Below are positions 38,701 to 53,700 of a stretch of DNA of 64,000 bases, piece by piece. The stretch comes from Torpedo marmorata. Lineage: Eukaryota. The stretch lies in NCBI GenBank assembly GCA_977017645.1, contig OZ360243.1, positions 26,350,001-26,414,000 on the forward strand, written 5' to 3'. Under the pieces are notes generated by a model. It was given only the letters and a program-made list of their open reading frames with translations. It did not search any database and was not told the DNA's origin. Position 1 is the stretch's first letter. Every line of letters starts with the position of its first letter. A program made the position numbers and the translations under genes.

Positions 38701-41700
38701 GTCGAGTACCCCGTATCCGAAGTTCCGAAAACCGAAAAGATCCAAAAACAAATTTTCTTTTTAGCGCCAACATGACGTCACAAGTTGAAAAAAATTCACC
38801 ACCTGATTTGCCCATGTGGGGCTCTGACGCTCTGTTGGCACCAGTTTGGTAACAACAGAGCTCTGTGGTACAAAACAAAATCTTTGCTTCTGGCCAGGAA
38901 GATGCCAAACGGAGCTGGGTCCAAGTCTGCAGCATCGGCTGCAACCAGAGTCGGCGACAGCTACTCCATTCTCAACATCGGGTGCGGTGCCGTCCACATC
39001 AAAGAAGTCGCCTCGGGCTCCTGGACAGGAGGGGGATCTCAGGCTCCCGGGTAGGAGCGGGGACCTCGGGCTCCCGGGCAGGAGCGGGGACCGTAGTCAG
39101 GGACCGGCGGCGGCGGTGGGGAGGTGTCGGGACATGCGGTGGCAGTGGGGAGGTGTCGGGGACCAGCGGCAGTGGTGGGGAGGTGTCGGGGAGGTGTCGG
39201 GGATCGGCGGCGGCAAAAGACAAAAACCATTGTTAATGAGGCAGATGACACTGGAGGAAACATTTGAAAAAGCCATCGAGGAGAATTTCTAGTGTTTGGT
39301 GCTGCATTTATCTTTTTTTGTAAGCAGAGATCACGTTTTTTTTTGGTAAGTGCTAAACATTATTTCACGTGAATTTTACACTTGTGGCGTGATGTCGGTG
39401 CTCAAAAAGCCTGCCGTTTTTTGTTGTTGTTGTTTAACCGCTGATACAGGTATTCTGTTGATGCTTCTGTGCTGCTTCCGAAAACCAAAAAAAAAACCAA
39501 AAACCGAAAAACGTCTGGTCCTAAGCGTTTCGGATATGGGGTACTGTACCTGCACTGATATCTTATAGTGAGTGAACATTTTGAATAAGTATATCACTGA
39601 GTGGGAAAGGGGAGAGGAAACACAGCCAACAATCACTGTTTCAATTAAAAATGACCTTTTACATCTGGATGAACTTGGAAAAAATGTAAAGATGTTTGTT
39701 ATCGGTTGACTAAAACTTTATGGTTGATAACTTGCGTGATCTGATTCAAAGAATTTCTGTACAAATTAATGGCTTGTTTCACGTTTGTCTCCCAAGAATC
39801 CTGCACAAGACCTATATACTTTATTGCACAATACAGTATTTAAAAGTTTTCCCCACCCTTTTACCTTAATCTCAAATTGATGAAATAATGACAATTTCAG
39901 TAATTGAAGTTCATTCACATAATAGGTGTGGATTAAATTCCCAACGTTTCCCCACAACTTTTTTTTGTGTTTTTTTTTACAATAAAGAGCAGGTCTGAAG
40001 CATTGTCATGTATGTTTGCATTTGAAAGAGGTGAAAATAGGCACATTGAACTTAACTTTCAATGTCTTACCTCAACAAAGATATATTCGCAGTTGCCATC
40101 AAAGCTGTAACGTTTTCCATCAAAGGTTATGTAGTGTCCATCTCCATAAACTTGACAGGTCTTTGGACATGCATTATTGGTGCATTTCCAAGCTCCACCT
40201 TCACATGTGCTGTAATATAGAGCACAGATGAACATCTTTCAATAATTCTATCTTGTTAGTGTCATTTGGTATTATTTGTTTCATATTCATCTAATCTTAC
40301 CATTTATTGCAATCATTTATGATTGTTTCTCCCGGTATAAAGTTTTCACCTCTAAATAAACAAGGACACTGGGATGGTAAAATGCATTTTCCACTGGAAT
40401 CCTCCACAAGACCATTCGGGCAGACACAGCCAGGAACACATGGGTTTGGCTTTAGAAAGGAGAACACAATTTATTAGATGTGAGATTTCAGATTTATTGT
40501 CAGAGTACATACATGACATCACATACAACCCTGAGATTATTTTTCCTGCGGGCAAGCAGAATTACTACTTATTGGCAGTGCAAAAAAAAAACTGTATACA
40601 ATGTACACGTCTAAACAAATAAAGAAGTGTAAACAGACAATGGATGTAAACAAACTGACTGTGTAATACAGAGAGAATTAGAAAACAATCAATAAAGTGC
40701 AAAAGTAAGAATTCTTAAATGAGTCCCTGATTGAGTTTGTTGTTGAGGAGTCTGATGGTGGAGGGGTAGCAGCTGTTCCTGAACCTGGCGGTGCGAGTCT
40801 TGTGGCATCTATACCTCTTTCCTGATGGCAGCAGTGAGAACAGAGCATGTGCTGGGTGATGTGGATCCTTGATGATTGCTGTTGCTGATTGATAATTGCT
40901 ATTAACTGTCAGAGTTGTTATTAAGTCCTATGGATGGACACCATGGTATGTGCAATCATCATATAGTTAAAACATACCTCCAATATTTGCCATCTAAATG
41001 TCTTTCGACTGTGGTTGCACATAACCATACTCTCCCCTGCTCTCAGCTATAAATTGTATGAGAAACAGGTGAATATAATTCTGAACAGCATTACAGTTAT
41101 GAGACCCACTTCTTTGCAAAGGCAGGCTTCAATGATGAAATTTGTCGTCACCTTCAATGTATCAGTACCATTTTGGTCAATTGAGGGAAAGGGTATGTGA
41201 AGATTGGCAATAGACCTGGCATAAATCTCATGGCTAATCAGACACCAGTGATCCATGCAAAAATGAAACCACTGGTAGAACTTAATGAGTCAAACAACAT
41301 GTGTAGATGCAAAGTGGATGTGTCGATGTTTTAGGTTGAGGCCCTACATCAGGAGATGGAGGAGGAGGAAAGAAGGCCACTATTTAGAAGGTCAGAAATT
41401 GGAAGACAGTTAAAATAACATGCAAACGCAAGTTCAAGATGGCCATGATGGACAGTCCGCAGGTGCTCTGCAGAAGAATCATCAAGCCTATGCCGATGTA
41501 GATGAGGCCACATCACAAGCATCAAGTGTAATCGAGCAGATTGGAGGATGTGCACATGAATCTCTGCCTCACCTGGAAGTGCTGTTTTAATCCCTGGATG
41601 ATGGTGAGTGAAGAGATGAAGGAACAATCGTTGCATCTTCTCCTCATGCCAATGGATAGGAGGGGTTGGTGGGAAGGGATGAGCAGACCAGAGATAGCAA

Positions 41701-44700
41701 TACATGCAGAAAGCAGAAGTGGGATGAGAGGGGAAGATGTGACTGCCAGTGGGCTCCTGTTGGCACTGGCTGGCAGAAATGTTTCTGGAAAAGGAGGACA
41801 TTAGAGAAACTGACGAAAGGGATGGCATTCTTATAGGACTAAGGATGAGAGGAGGTGTGGTCAAGGTAGCTGTCAGTGTGAGTTTATAGGACTAAGGATG
41901 AGAGGAGGTGTGGTCAAGGTAGCTGTCAGTGTGAGTTTATAGGACTAAGGATGAGAGGAGGTGTGGTCAAGGTAGCTGTCAGTGTGAGTTTATAGCAGAT
42001 ATTGGTGGCGAATTGGTCTCCTGAGATGGAAACAGACAGATTGATGAAAAGAAGTGTCAGAGATGGTCCAGGGAATTAAGGACAGGGTGGAAGTTGGTGG
42101 CAAAAATGATAACATTGGCAAGTTCTGCACAAATGCAGGAATCAGCTCAAATACAGAAATCAATGCAACAGCAATGGAGGTGGGAATGAGTGTCGGGGTA
42201 GATTTGGAACAAGGACTGCCAATGAAAAAAACTGGCATAGCTTGGGCCAATTATTTATCTTTTTCATCCCTCTTCTCCCCAACCTGGCTCCATCAGTTCA
42301 TTATTCCATCTATCCCTTTCCAGCTTGAATTCCATAACACCCTCACACTTTCCTCTTTCCCCACCCCTCTCAGTCCTGATGCAGGTTCTCCTTCCTCAGT
42401 TGCTTTTTGACTCTCTAGAATTTTTCTAGCATCTGTAGTCTCTTGTGATCTCTAACCTCCAATATGTTCTTGAACTAGGACTATCTATAGCAGGCATCTC
42501 AAGGCAATGGAAAAATACTACAAATGTCTTTTGTGTGAAATCTTTGAAATTCACTGTAAGGACAAATGATCTAACATCAGCATCTTCTCCCAGGCCATAA
42601 GATCCAGCATTGCGGACCAGCTTACTTTCAGTTGGCACTACAGGCAGGTCAAAAATTCACGTGCCCAATGTCAGTCTGCCAAAATGGGCACTTTTCCAAG
42701 CTCTGTCACGTTTACTAATAAGACATAGGACAAGATCCTTGAATGTACTCAAATCCTGCTTGAAGAAATGCAACTTCACTGACCTTTGGCCCATTACCAC
42801 TCAATGGAGAAGAAACATTCAAGATAATATGGAAAACCCTGAGGCCATACATCATGATCACACAGTGTCTGAGATAGAAGTAGATAACCTCTCAATCTAT
42901 CTACCACTCGCCCTGTCAGTCAGCATCTTCCCCAAGTGTGGGAGAGTTTGTGGTTCCCACATGGCCTCATTGGCCATCTCAGAACCCACAAAACCAAAGC
43001 AGAATTAAGTCTTCCTCAATCCTAAGAGGCTGCCTAAGAAGATTATTAGAATGGATCACCATTTCAGATTCAGATTTCATATTTCAAATTTATTGTCAGA
43101 GTACATACATGACATCACATACAACCCTGAGATTCTTTTTCGTGCGGGTGAGGCAGAATTACCCACAACCCTATCAATTTGAACCAATGAACACCAGAAT
43201 GATATTGGATTACGTTCACTTACACATGGTTTGTTTAGAGTTGAACATGTCCTCTTGCAAACACCAGTAGAGGCACAGTCTGAAACTATTTTATTTTGTT
43301 TCTTGCAATCTAATGATAAAATAAATTATTTTAAAAAAATAAAAGGTACTTCTCAATTTAATTCCAAATTTAAACTTGTACTTCATTAGCTTCAATAGGA
43401 TTTTTAAAAAGTTTACCTTGTGAGATGGGTGGATTGATTGGATCAGAGCAGGAAGGGACTCCATTGTGACAGTAACTGAGAAAAAAAAATACACTCACTA
43501 TTTTATAGTTGTGGGCGCTTCATTCCTTAATCCGAAATGAACAGAGTAAAATGTGAAATACTTACCAATTCATTCCATTTAAAGTAATCAATTCATCTTT
43601 TTGTTTAATTAAACCATCAACATAACATGGGCATTCTGATCTGTTCACACATGTTTTCTTGTCATTCATGTACATTCCCTCAGGGCAACCACAACCATCA
43701 ACTGGAACATCATGCAGCTCACATGTGAAATCAGAACTTGACAGAAACCTGCATGTACGGTTGCAGGCTCTCATATCGTGGTGATAAACTTGTGTGGTCG
43801 GGCAATTTACTCCTGACAAAGCAAAAAGATTTTATGTAAGCCATTTAATTTTTGTTACTAATTGCAACATGCTAACACTTGCACGGCTATTTGCTTAAGA
43901 TGTTGTGCAATTGGCAAAGATACTGTGAACTAGTTGACCATTTCCAGAGGGCTATGTTCTCTGCAAAAATTTGAAAAGAACATTTTATATTTTTGAGACA
44001 AGACTGTTCTTGTTCATTATAATTTTTCCAACAATACCCTGTTAGGTTTCTTTCTAGAAAAGTAATCCCGTAATGTCGGGATACTTTACGCATACTTAGT
44101 AAGTAGCAGAAAATAAAAACAGCTTTCAATATTGTGTGTCTCTTTTGAACCTTGCTTTGGGAAACTGCAAATTCTAATAAAATATCCTGTTCTAGATACA
44201 CTGATTTCAGCTCTTAATTTGTTTTTCATTTAATTATTATAATTATTTTTTGTTTCTGCATTGGGTATCAATATTTCTGAAGAGTCTGTGATTTACAGAT
44301 AAGTCATGATCAGCACCTATGCTCTATCCAGAAAAAAACATTGCTTAGTGGATGTTAAGTAATGGTTCGGAGGTCATTCACAGGACCATAAGAGCAGCAA
44401 AGGGGATCACTGGGGTCTCCCTCTCCCCCATCGACGTGTCTACTGCGATCGTTGTTTGAAGAGGGCTTGCAAAATCGTTGAGGACCACTATCACCCCTCA
44501 TGCAACATCTTTTAGCTATTCCTGTCGGGAAAGAGTTACAGGAGTACCAGAGCCAGAACCACCAGACTGAGAAACAGCTTCTTCCCATGGGCAGTGAGAC
44601 TGCTGAACGACTGATGAACTGGTCATACAAACCCTCTGAGACTCTACTGTTCATTAACAATATTTATTTATTTTTGTATGTGTGTGTATATATGTCCTGC

Positions 44701-47700
44701 ATATGTATCATTTGTCTGTATGTGTGTTATGTCTGTATGTGTGTTTGCATTTTTTGCACCGAGAACCAGAGAATGCTGTGTCGTCAGGTTGTACTTGTAC
44801 AATCGGATGATAATAAACTTGAAATGAAAGAGGCCATAGTTTTGTTTTCTCTCTTGGAGGAGACAGGTTTAGGTCAGAGTCTCTTGATGCAGGTGAGCGT
44901 TGGGAGCTGTACTTTGTTTCAGGATAGTTTAAATTGAAGCGAGCGCCAACCTCGGAAATTGGTTGGAGTTTGTTGATACAGAAAGAGCCAGCAACAAATA
45001 AAAAGAAGGGAAGCTCAAGTGGAGCAACCCAGTGTGGAGCAGCACAGTGTAGGAGTGGAGATTTAGAGGCTTTGGCTTGAGAGGCTTTGGGGAGCATAGG
45101 CTGAGAATGTACTACACGTAAGGTCAGGTAAGATCTTTTCATAATAACCCAGAGTAGGCAGTGGGGATGGCAGCTAGGGGAATGGTGTGCTCCTTCCTCA
45201 GTTGCTTTTTGACTCTCTTGAATTGCAGGATGTGGGAAATCTGCGACAGCCCATCTGCCCCTGATGACTACACATGTGTGCAGGAAGTGCATTGAGCTGC
45301 AGCTCCTTGGAGACCGTGTTAGGGAACTGGAGCTGGATGAACTCCGGATCATTCAGGAGGCAGAGGGGGTGATAGAGAGGAGCCACAGGGAGACAGTCAC
45401 ACCCATGAGGCAAGAGGCAGGTAACTGGGTGACTGTGAGAAGAGGGAAGGGGAATAGGCAGTCAGCGCAGGGCATCCCTGTGGCCGTTCCCCTCAACAAC
45501 AAGTATACTGTTTTGCAATACTGTTGAGGGGGATGATCTACCAGGGACAAACTGGTAGGAGCTGAAAGTAAAGGAACCCCTAGGAGGCAGTGATCATAAT
45601 ATGAGATAATTCACCCTGCAGTTTGAGAGGGAGTAACTAAAATCAGAGGAGTCAGTATAGCACTGGAAGGAAGGGGACTACAGAGGTATGAGAGAGGAGC
45701 TGGCCAAAGTTAATTGGAAGCGGACACTAGCAGGGATGATGGTACAGCAGCAGTGTCTGGAGTTTCTGAGATTAACTTGGAAGACACAGACAAATTCATC
45801 CCAAGGGAGAATGAGGCAGCCGTGGCTGACAATAGATGTCAAAGATAGTATAAAAGCAAATGTGAGGGTGTACAATATGGCAGAAATTAGTGGGAAGTAA
45901 GATGATTGGGAAGCTTTTAAAAGCCAACAGAAGGCAACTAAAAACAAATGAGAGAAAAGATGAAATACGAAGGTAAGATAGCCAGCAACATAAAAGAGGA
46001 TGTGAAAAGTTTCTTCAGGTACATAAAGAGCAAAAGAGAGGCAAGGTTGGACGTTGCACCACATGAAAACAACACTGGGAAGATTGTAATGGGGGACAAA
46101 GAAATGGTCTTTTGAGTCTGTCTTCACTGTGAAGGACACCAGCAGTGTGCCAGAAGTTCGAGAGTGTCAAGGGGCAGAAGTGTGTGATGTTGGTATTACC
46201 AAGGAGAAGGTGCTGGGAAAGGTGAAAGAACTGAAGATGGATAAACCACCTGGACCAGTTGAACTACACCCCAGGGCTTTGAAAGAGTAGCTGAAGAAAT
46301 CATGGAGGCATTTGTGGTGATCTTTCGGGAATCGCTAGATTCTGGAATGGTTCTGGGAGATTGGAAAATGCAAATGCCACTTCATTCATTAAGAAAGGAC
46401 CGAGGTGAAAGACAGGAAATTATAGGCCAGTTAGCCTGACTTCAGTGGTTGGTAAGATGTTCGAATCTATTATTAAACTATTATCAGGTTTCAGTGTACT
46501 TGGAGGCACACAGTTAAATAGGTCGAAGTCAGCATGGTTTCCTGAAGGGGAAATCTTGCCTAACAAACCTGTTGTAATTCTTTGAGGAAATTATCAGGAA
46601 GGATAGAGAAAGGAGAGTCAGTGGATGTGGTTTACGTGGATTATCAAAAGGCCTATGACAAGGTGCCGCACATGAGGCTGCTAAGCAAGATGAGAGCCCA
46701 TGGCATTATGGGAAAGATACTATCATGGATAGAATGTTGGGTGACCAGCAGGAGGCAGAGAGTAGGGTCAAAAGGGGCCTTTTCTGGTTGGCTGCCGGTG
46801 ACCAGTGGTGTTCTGCAGGGTTTGGTACTGGGGCCGCTTCTTTTCACGTTATCTGTAAATAATTTGGATGATGGATGAGATAGCTTTGTGGCCAAGTTTG
46901 CAGACGATACAAAGATCGGAGGAGGGGCAGGTAGTGTTGGGAAAACACTGAGTTTGCAGAAGGACAGACAGGTGAGGACATTGAGCAAGGAAATGGGAGA
47001 TGGAGTACAGAGCAGAGAAGTGTATCATGTACTTTGGTGGAAGGAATAAAGGTGTAGACTATCAGAATCAGAATTTATTGTCATGAACAAGTCATGAAAT
47101 TCGGACAATTTGAACTGGGCAATGAGTTCAGAAATCAGAGGTGCAGGGGGACTTGGGGAACCTTGTGCAAGACTCCCAAAGGGTGAACGCATGTAGAGTC
47201 TGTGGTAAGGAAGGGAAATAGAATGCTAGCAATAATTTCGAGAGGTATAGAATATAAAAGCAGGGATAAGATGTTGAGGCTTTAAAAGGCATTGGTCAGG
47301 CTACACTTGGAATATTGTGAGCAGTTTTGGACTCCATATCTAAGGAAGAATATGTTGGCATTGAAGAGGGTCCAGATGAGGTTTACAAGGATGATCCATG
47401 GAGTGAAAGGGTTTTCCTATGAGGAGCATTTGACGACTCTGGCATTGTATTCGCTGGAGTTTCAAAGAATGAGTGGGGATCTCATTGAAAACTTTTGAAT
47501 ACTGAAAGACCTAGATAGAGTGGATGTGGAGAGGATTATTTTCCATGGTGAGGGAGTCTGGGACCAGAGGACACAGCCTCAGAATACAAAAATGTCCCTT
47601 TAGAACAGAGATGAGGAGGAATTACTTTACCCAGAGGGTGGTTAACTTGTGGAATTTGTTGCCGTTGACTGCTGTAGAAGCCAAGTCATTTGGGATATTT

Positions 47701-50700
47701 ACGGCAGAGGTAGAAACGTTCTTGATCAGGAAGAGCATCAAGTGTTATGGGAGAAGGCAGGAGAATGGGGTTGAAAGGGTTAGTAAATCAGCCATGATGG
47801 AATGGCGGGGTAGACTTGAAGGCCAAATGGCCTAATTCCGTTCCTATGTCTATGGTCTTATGGAAAGATATGATTGAAGTTTTTTTTATAAATGCTTTCA
47901 ATTGATTGAAAGTAGCTTTGAAAATAAAATTTCTGAAATGGGGACAAAAAAGGTAAGTTAAGTTAAACTGCCATAAAGATAGTGGAGGAATACCAGACAT
48001 AAGAAAGTTGTGGACAGCAATTTCTAGACCTGAGTTATGCCTTGAAAAATATGTTTACTGGATGTGTGCAAGTAATTTTCAATTATCTCCACTTCTTAAT
48101 ACAGTTCTTTGTTCTGAAACAGTTATTGCATAGATTTTCCACAAGATTATCTAATTTTAGAGATGAAATCGATTTAATCAAGAAATATCGGTAAAAGAAA
48201 ATGTTCTGCTATATTGATCCCACAATATGAAGAGTCTAAACAACATTTACTATTAATTGTGAATTTAGAACTTCCTTCCTCAAATATTAGTGAATACTGG
48301 GAGAATGATGCTTTTAAATGTAAAGTTGAAATCAAGAGAAATGGAGCAAAGGCAGATAAATGGAGTTGCTATGTAATGCAGCCATGATTCAACTGAATAA
48401 TGGAGATCAGCTCAATAACTAAATGGACTGCACCCTGTGTTGGTGTTTCCTTATCATTTTTCTTTCTGTATTTATGAAGGGAAATATGACTAAAAACACA
48501 TACTGCACACCGATCTTCTCCAGTTCTTCACAGTGATGCCTTTTGCAGCACAAGCATGAGCATATGCTCCCATTGCAGCACACACACAGTCATTGACCTT
48601 CTGACAGTTACACGAGGCAGCTTTACACATCTAAAAAAATAGAACACTTTTGTTATAATTTTAAATAGCTTCATTATAGGTATCATAAGTTGACAAACTA
48701 TATAGTGGAACAATTATTTACATTTTAATATATTTCCATCTATCTGAATCTATTGATAGGCTATCATTTTATTTTAAACTAGTAAAAAATGCCAACTTAA
48801 ATTCCAGCACAATGTGTGTTATTTTGTTCATAGGTAGTTTAGTGTCTCAAAATTATTGTCAACTCAATCTAATTTCCAAGCCTTCTTTAATCCGTATTTC
48901 GGTTCTAAATACTATTGTTTTGTTGTCACCATAATTGTAATTCAAGTACTTTGTTTAAAACAAAAGCAAGAATGAGGTTTCTGGATTTTGGAACATAAAC
49001 AAAATCCTATTTAAAACATATTGACTGTGTAATTAAATGTAAATTTCTGAAAAAAAAAGGTGGTAGCTTGATTGGACAGGGTCAAATAGTGCTGGGAGTG
49101 GAATACTGCTTCCAAAGAGAACCACTGCTTATCAGCCATTCGCATCCAGTTAAATGGGAAAGGTGTTCTGAAGGTCAGATAAGTCTGACTATCCACAACA
49201 CTGCTGGACTTATAATTAAGCCTAGTACTGGAGCAAACACTTGCTGAAAAGATACTAGATCCAGTGGACCTGTTATTCGTCTTTACACCAGCTCTATTAG
49301 AACTTGTGAGGTGCAGTGGGTGGTGAGTCAACTCATCAAATTTTCTGCATCCACAAAAGTAAATGTAGGTGGGGCAGGATGATGAACAGTGATTTCATCT
49401 ATTGGGCCAAGTCCAGGATGAACTGACCCAATATATTTTCATTTGCAGAAGTTTGTTTAAAATTCTGACTTACTTCATAATACTTGTTAAATTCTACTGT
49501 GGAATGGCAGCTGGAGAAAGCTCCTGCAGGGTCTTTCAAATAGGCACAATATTCTTTGGCAAAGTCCTCTGCAAAGCAGATAGAAGTTATAATTATATAA
49601 AATATGAAATGATCCATTTGACCATTTAGTTAGCAAAGTAGTTTTGTTACTCAAATACCAACTTATACATCAACATGTTGCTCATATACCAACTGACTGA
49701 GTTCGTGGGAGTCATTAGTATGCTTTGTAAAATTCACAGGCATAGACTTCAATCTAGTCAGCAGCTACCCATATTTTCCTGAATTCCCTCTGACGTGTAT
49801 TTTTATTGAGTTACTCAGATTCCCATCATGGATAATATGTTTCAGGAACTTCAGCAATTTTAGACTTGAAATAGGGAGGTTACTTTTATTGATTTCAATA
49901 GAGGAGAACAATTGTGAAGGACTAAGGTAAGTAAAATAATGTTCATTTTTTTAAAAACTGCTTATTTTTTTTGTTAGCTTTTGTATCAAAACCATTCAAT
50001 GGCTTTGACAATCTCAGCAACCAATTGACTCGACTGTCAACATTTTTTCCAGGTGTCTTTTGGTTGGGTCTTGTTCTGCCTGGTTCTGCACTCCCCACCT
50101 CCATGTGATGCAATTGTGTCACAGAAGTCCCTGCCATGGCACAAGACCTTCTGATGGTAGAGAGAGCTTCAGACTAAATATTAGCTTCAAAATCTGGGTC
50201 ATTTGGGCAGCACGGTTAGCGTAGCAGTTAGTGCAATGCCATTGGAGTGCGAGCAACTGTTTTATGTTTTTAAAGTTCCATATAATACATTATTAAGAAA
50301 TATCTATGCCTATGCACATCTTCGATATTAATTAATTTATTAATTTCAATTTGTAGGAAACTGGTGCTCTGGCTCCAGTGGTTATTAAAGGAGGATAATT
50401 TCCACCTTAATTTTAGTTAATTCAGAACAATATTTAATCGGAGTCATCCACCCGATGCTGAATAGGTTTGCATCCATTACATTTCTTTTATCTCTTATTG
50501 TTCTACAGTATTGTTTCCCAATATTTTCCATTTTTACACTTTTCCTAAAATGATAATGGTAATTTATCCTTAAATTCTAAATCTTCTACTCATGTTTGTT
50601 CTTTAGCCTCCGGCTTTGATTTTATTGATGAGAGGAAGTGGGTTTTCTGACATCTTAAAACTCTCAGAGGTTTATGTATAAGTGTCCAGGTCTAATTTTA

Positions 50701-53700
50701 GTGTATGATAATGCAGGAAGAAATGGGAGTTGTGTGATTTTGGGATGGGGGGAATCCAGATGAGAGGGGCTACAATTTACAAGTATACTGCACTTTGAAT
50801 AAAAACATTAAAAAATGCTGTTTGACCAGTTTAATTTACGCAACATATTGCCATTAAAAATTACCATTTTCGGAGCTAACACATGTAGGATTCACTTTTG
50901 GTGAAGGACATTTCTCATTTTCTTTCCATGAATTACTGAATGGAATGAAAGTAGGTTCCACAATGTTCTGTGCAGATAGAAAGTCATCCTTTGCATTATC
51001 ATTGAAGGTGCCACATAAACCTACAGGAAAGAACAATTCAGATCATCACAGGACAGCAATTATGTTCTTATGTAACCTATTCTGACAGATGAATGAAATT
51101 GACTACATTTCATTTGTGTTCCATAGTTTATTACACTGTTATAAAGACTGTTTCTTTCCAAAACCATGTAAATGTTACTATGCAAAGGAAAGTTTACAAA
51201 ATTGAGAGTCAGGTGGTTTTACATTTTACCTGACTTTACTTTCCAGCAAGATGAATGATATGTATTATTGGGAAAAAAGAGTAATGCAATCTATCTGATT
51301 CTGTTAATTTCCTAATAATGGATCATCTTAAAGTCATTCACAAGCTGTTTTTTGGGAATCTTCAGTAAGACTTTTCATTTTTTCCATTTAATCTACCACT
51401 TAATATATTTCAGAGATTCAGGAAATAATTTCACTGTGGAATAATCCAAATCTTATTCTAAAAAAGGAGGTTTGATGTTTAATATGAATAAAGGAGAGAC
51501 TTTACAAAAGCAACTGATTCCTGGGTTGCAAACAGTGATGCTGATGTACTTGGCCAAATACTTTTCTTGAATGTATGCATTCTATCAGTACCAACAGCAG
51601 TGAAATCAACTCTATACTAGAACATTCTTCTGAAAGAGCGAATTCATGAGTTGGAATTTAAAACTCTGAAGCTATTGTTTCCCAATAAATACTGCATGCA
51701 ATAGAAGGCTAAATCAAATTTTAATCACCTATCACTTCCATTACAAATTTTTGATTTTTCCTCTGGGTTCTCCATTCACGTGGAAGTGCCCTGCAATGGA
51801 CAGGGCTAGCCAATGGTACACATCGCACCACCGTCATAAAATTCACTTTAACACTTGTAGTCTGTGGAGAGCTTGGGCCACTTGTTCCGAAGCAAGCATT
51901 TGCGAGGAACATCACAGCCATTTCAGTGATACTTTATAGGCACCTGCCTGACAGGACCCAGCCTCTGCAGTCCAACCCAAACAGCAGCACACAATCATGA
52001 TGACATCCTAATCCTACCCAATGGGGTTCCAATCCTCCTTCAACTGACTCATATCTCAGTGAGTGAAGGAACAGACTTTGACACAGAACAAGCAAGGCTT
52101 CTGTGCACTGAACATTTAATATGACATTCTCAGCAAGTGAAAATGTTGTGCCTATTTTATTATATTGTATAGTTTTCTAGCAGGCAATAGTAGAACTTGT
52201 ATGCATGCAGCAATGTTGCTTTAGTATCCTACTCACTTGTTTAAATATTCCCCTTATTCAGCCTGTGAACAAGGTGAAAGGAGCAAGTGAATAAACTAAA
52301 GAAACAAGGCATGGCAAGTATTATGTAATAGGAACATTTTTTTAAAAATGAAAAACAAAAACAACTAAATGAAATAGAAATTACAACAGTTCATAGAACA
52401 TAGAACACTACAACTCAGTACAGAGAGCTCTGTTTTTCAGCGAATGTCTCAACTCTTGTAACCTTTGTCACAAAACACTGCTCGCAATCGATAATCTTTT
52501 GTTCGCACAATTAATTGTACCTTTTGTGCTTCTTTGTGCACTTCTGGGAAGTGAGATGGAAAGTTGCATGATGGGAGATATCTGTATTTGCATCTTCAGT
52601 CCAGATTTTGTGTGCACTTGAATGTATTGTGACGACAGTTCAAATATCACGATTTGACCTGAGATAAAAAGTTAATAGGTCAACTATACTTTAACGATTG
52701 TTTGGTTGGTTGCTTTGTAGACTGATCGATTAATTGATTGAAAATTATTTACCATTTCCTACAGGCAATTCCATTTTATTTCCATTAAGTTGAACAGTGC
52801 CATCATAATTGACTGTGTAAACGAACTAGAATGGAAGGATTGATGTTATAAAATGTAAATAAAAAATAATTTGAACAAGAAAATCTTTGAATAAAATTCA
52901 CAAAATTGTACCTGGTGCTTTATGTATGACACTTTTTGTAAACATGTCTGTTCATGTGCTACTTGACATGGATGCATTTCAATTTTCACTGACCAGTCCT
53001 TTGTCTGTGAAGAGCAATTAGAATTTCAAAATTCAGAAATATATTTGATGGGCAAGATAGATAATAAATGGAAAGTGCATATTTGAAAAATTGCACTCCA
53101 ATGATTAAAATCAATTGAAACAGTAAAAGCTCACGTACAACAACAGCATGGTATGTGCAATCTCCGATCAAGTTATAATATGTGCCATCAAATGTTGTGA
53201 TGTGAGTTCCTTCTTCAATTTTGCATGTTTCAGGACAGTTAAGCTTGGTACACTCCCACTTTCCACCTTGGCAGTTGCTAAAAAGATTAGGAAATATTTT
53301 TACAGCAAATTACATTTTTTGAAACATACTGATATGCACATGATTTCAACCATTACCATGACTGGCAGAAAGAATTTCTCGTTTCTCCAGAGCTATAAAT
53401 CTTTCCATCATATTCACATGAGCAATCCATCTGCTTGATGCATCTATTACCACCTCTTAGGTTATCAAGGACTGTACCTGAAAAACAATGAAATAAATAG
53501 ATAAGTGCATCTGTTCTGTGACTTTCATATGAAAATTAGTTTATTGAAGACAGTTAAACTTCCTAGTAGAAATCAGATACTTCTTTCAGTACATAAAGGA
53601 CAGAAATACTAACTACAAATTCAATAGAGAAAAAGAAACTAATAAAAAACTCTGCACACTTCTTCAACAATTCATGTTACCAATAATTCTTAATTATTTT

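Noticed and set aside
50865-52530. VWD2 reads KGLCG rather than CGLCG
   Set aside because: As I recall, D2 of MUC19 and other gel-forming mucins also lacks the first Cys, so it is not unusual.
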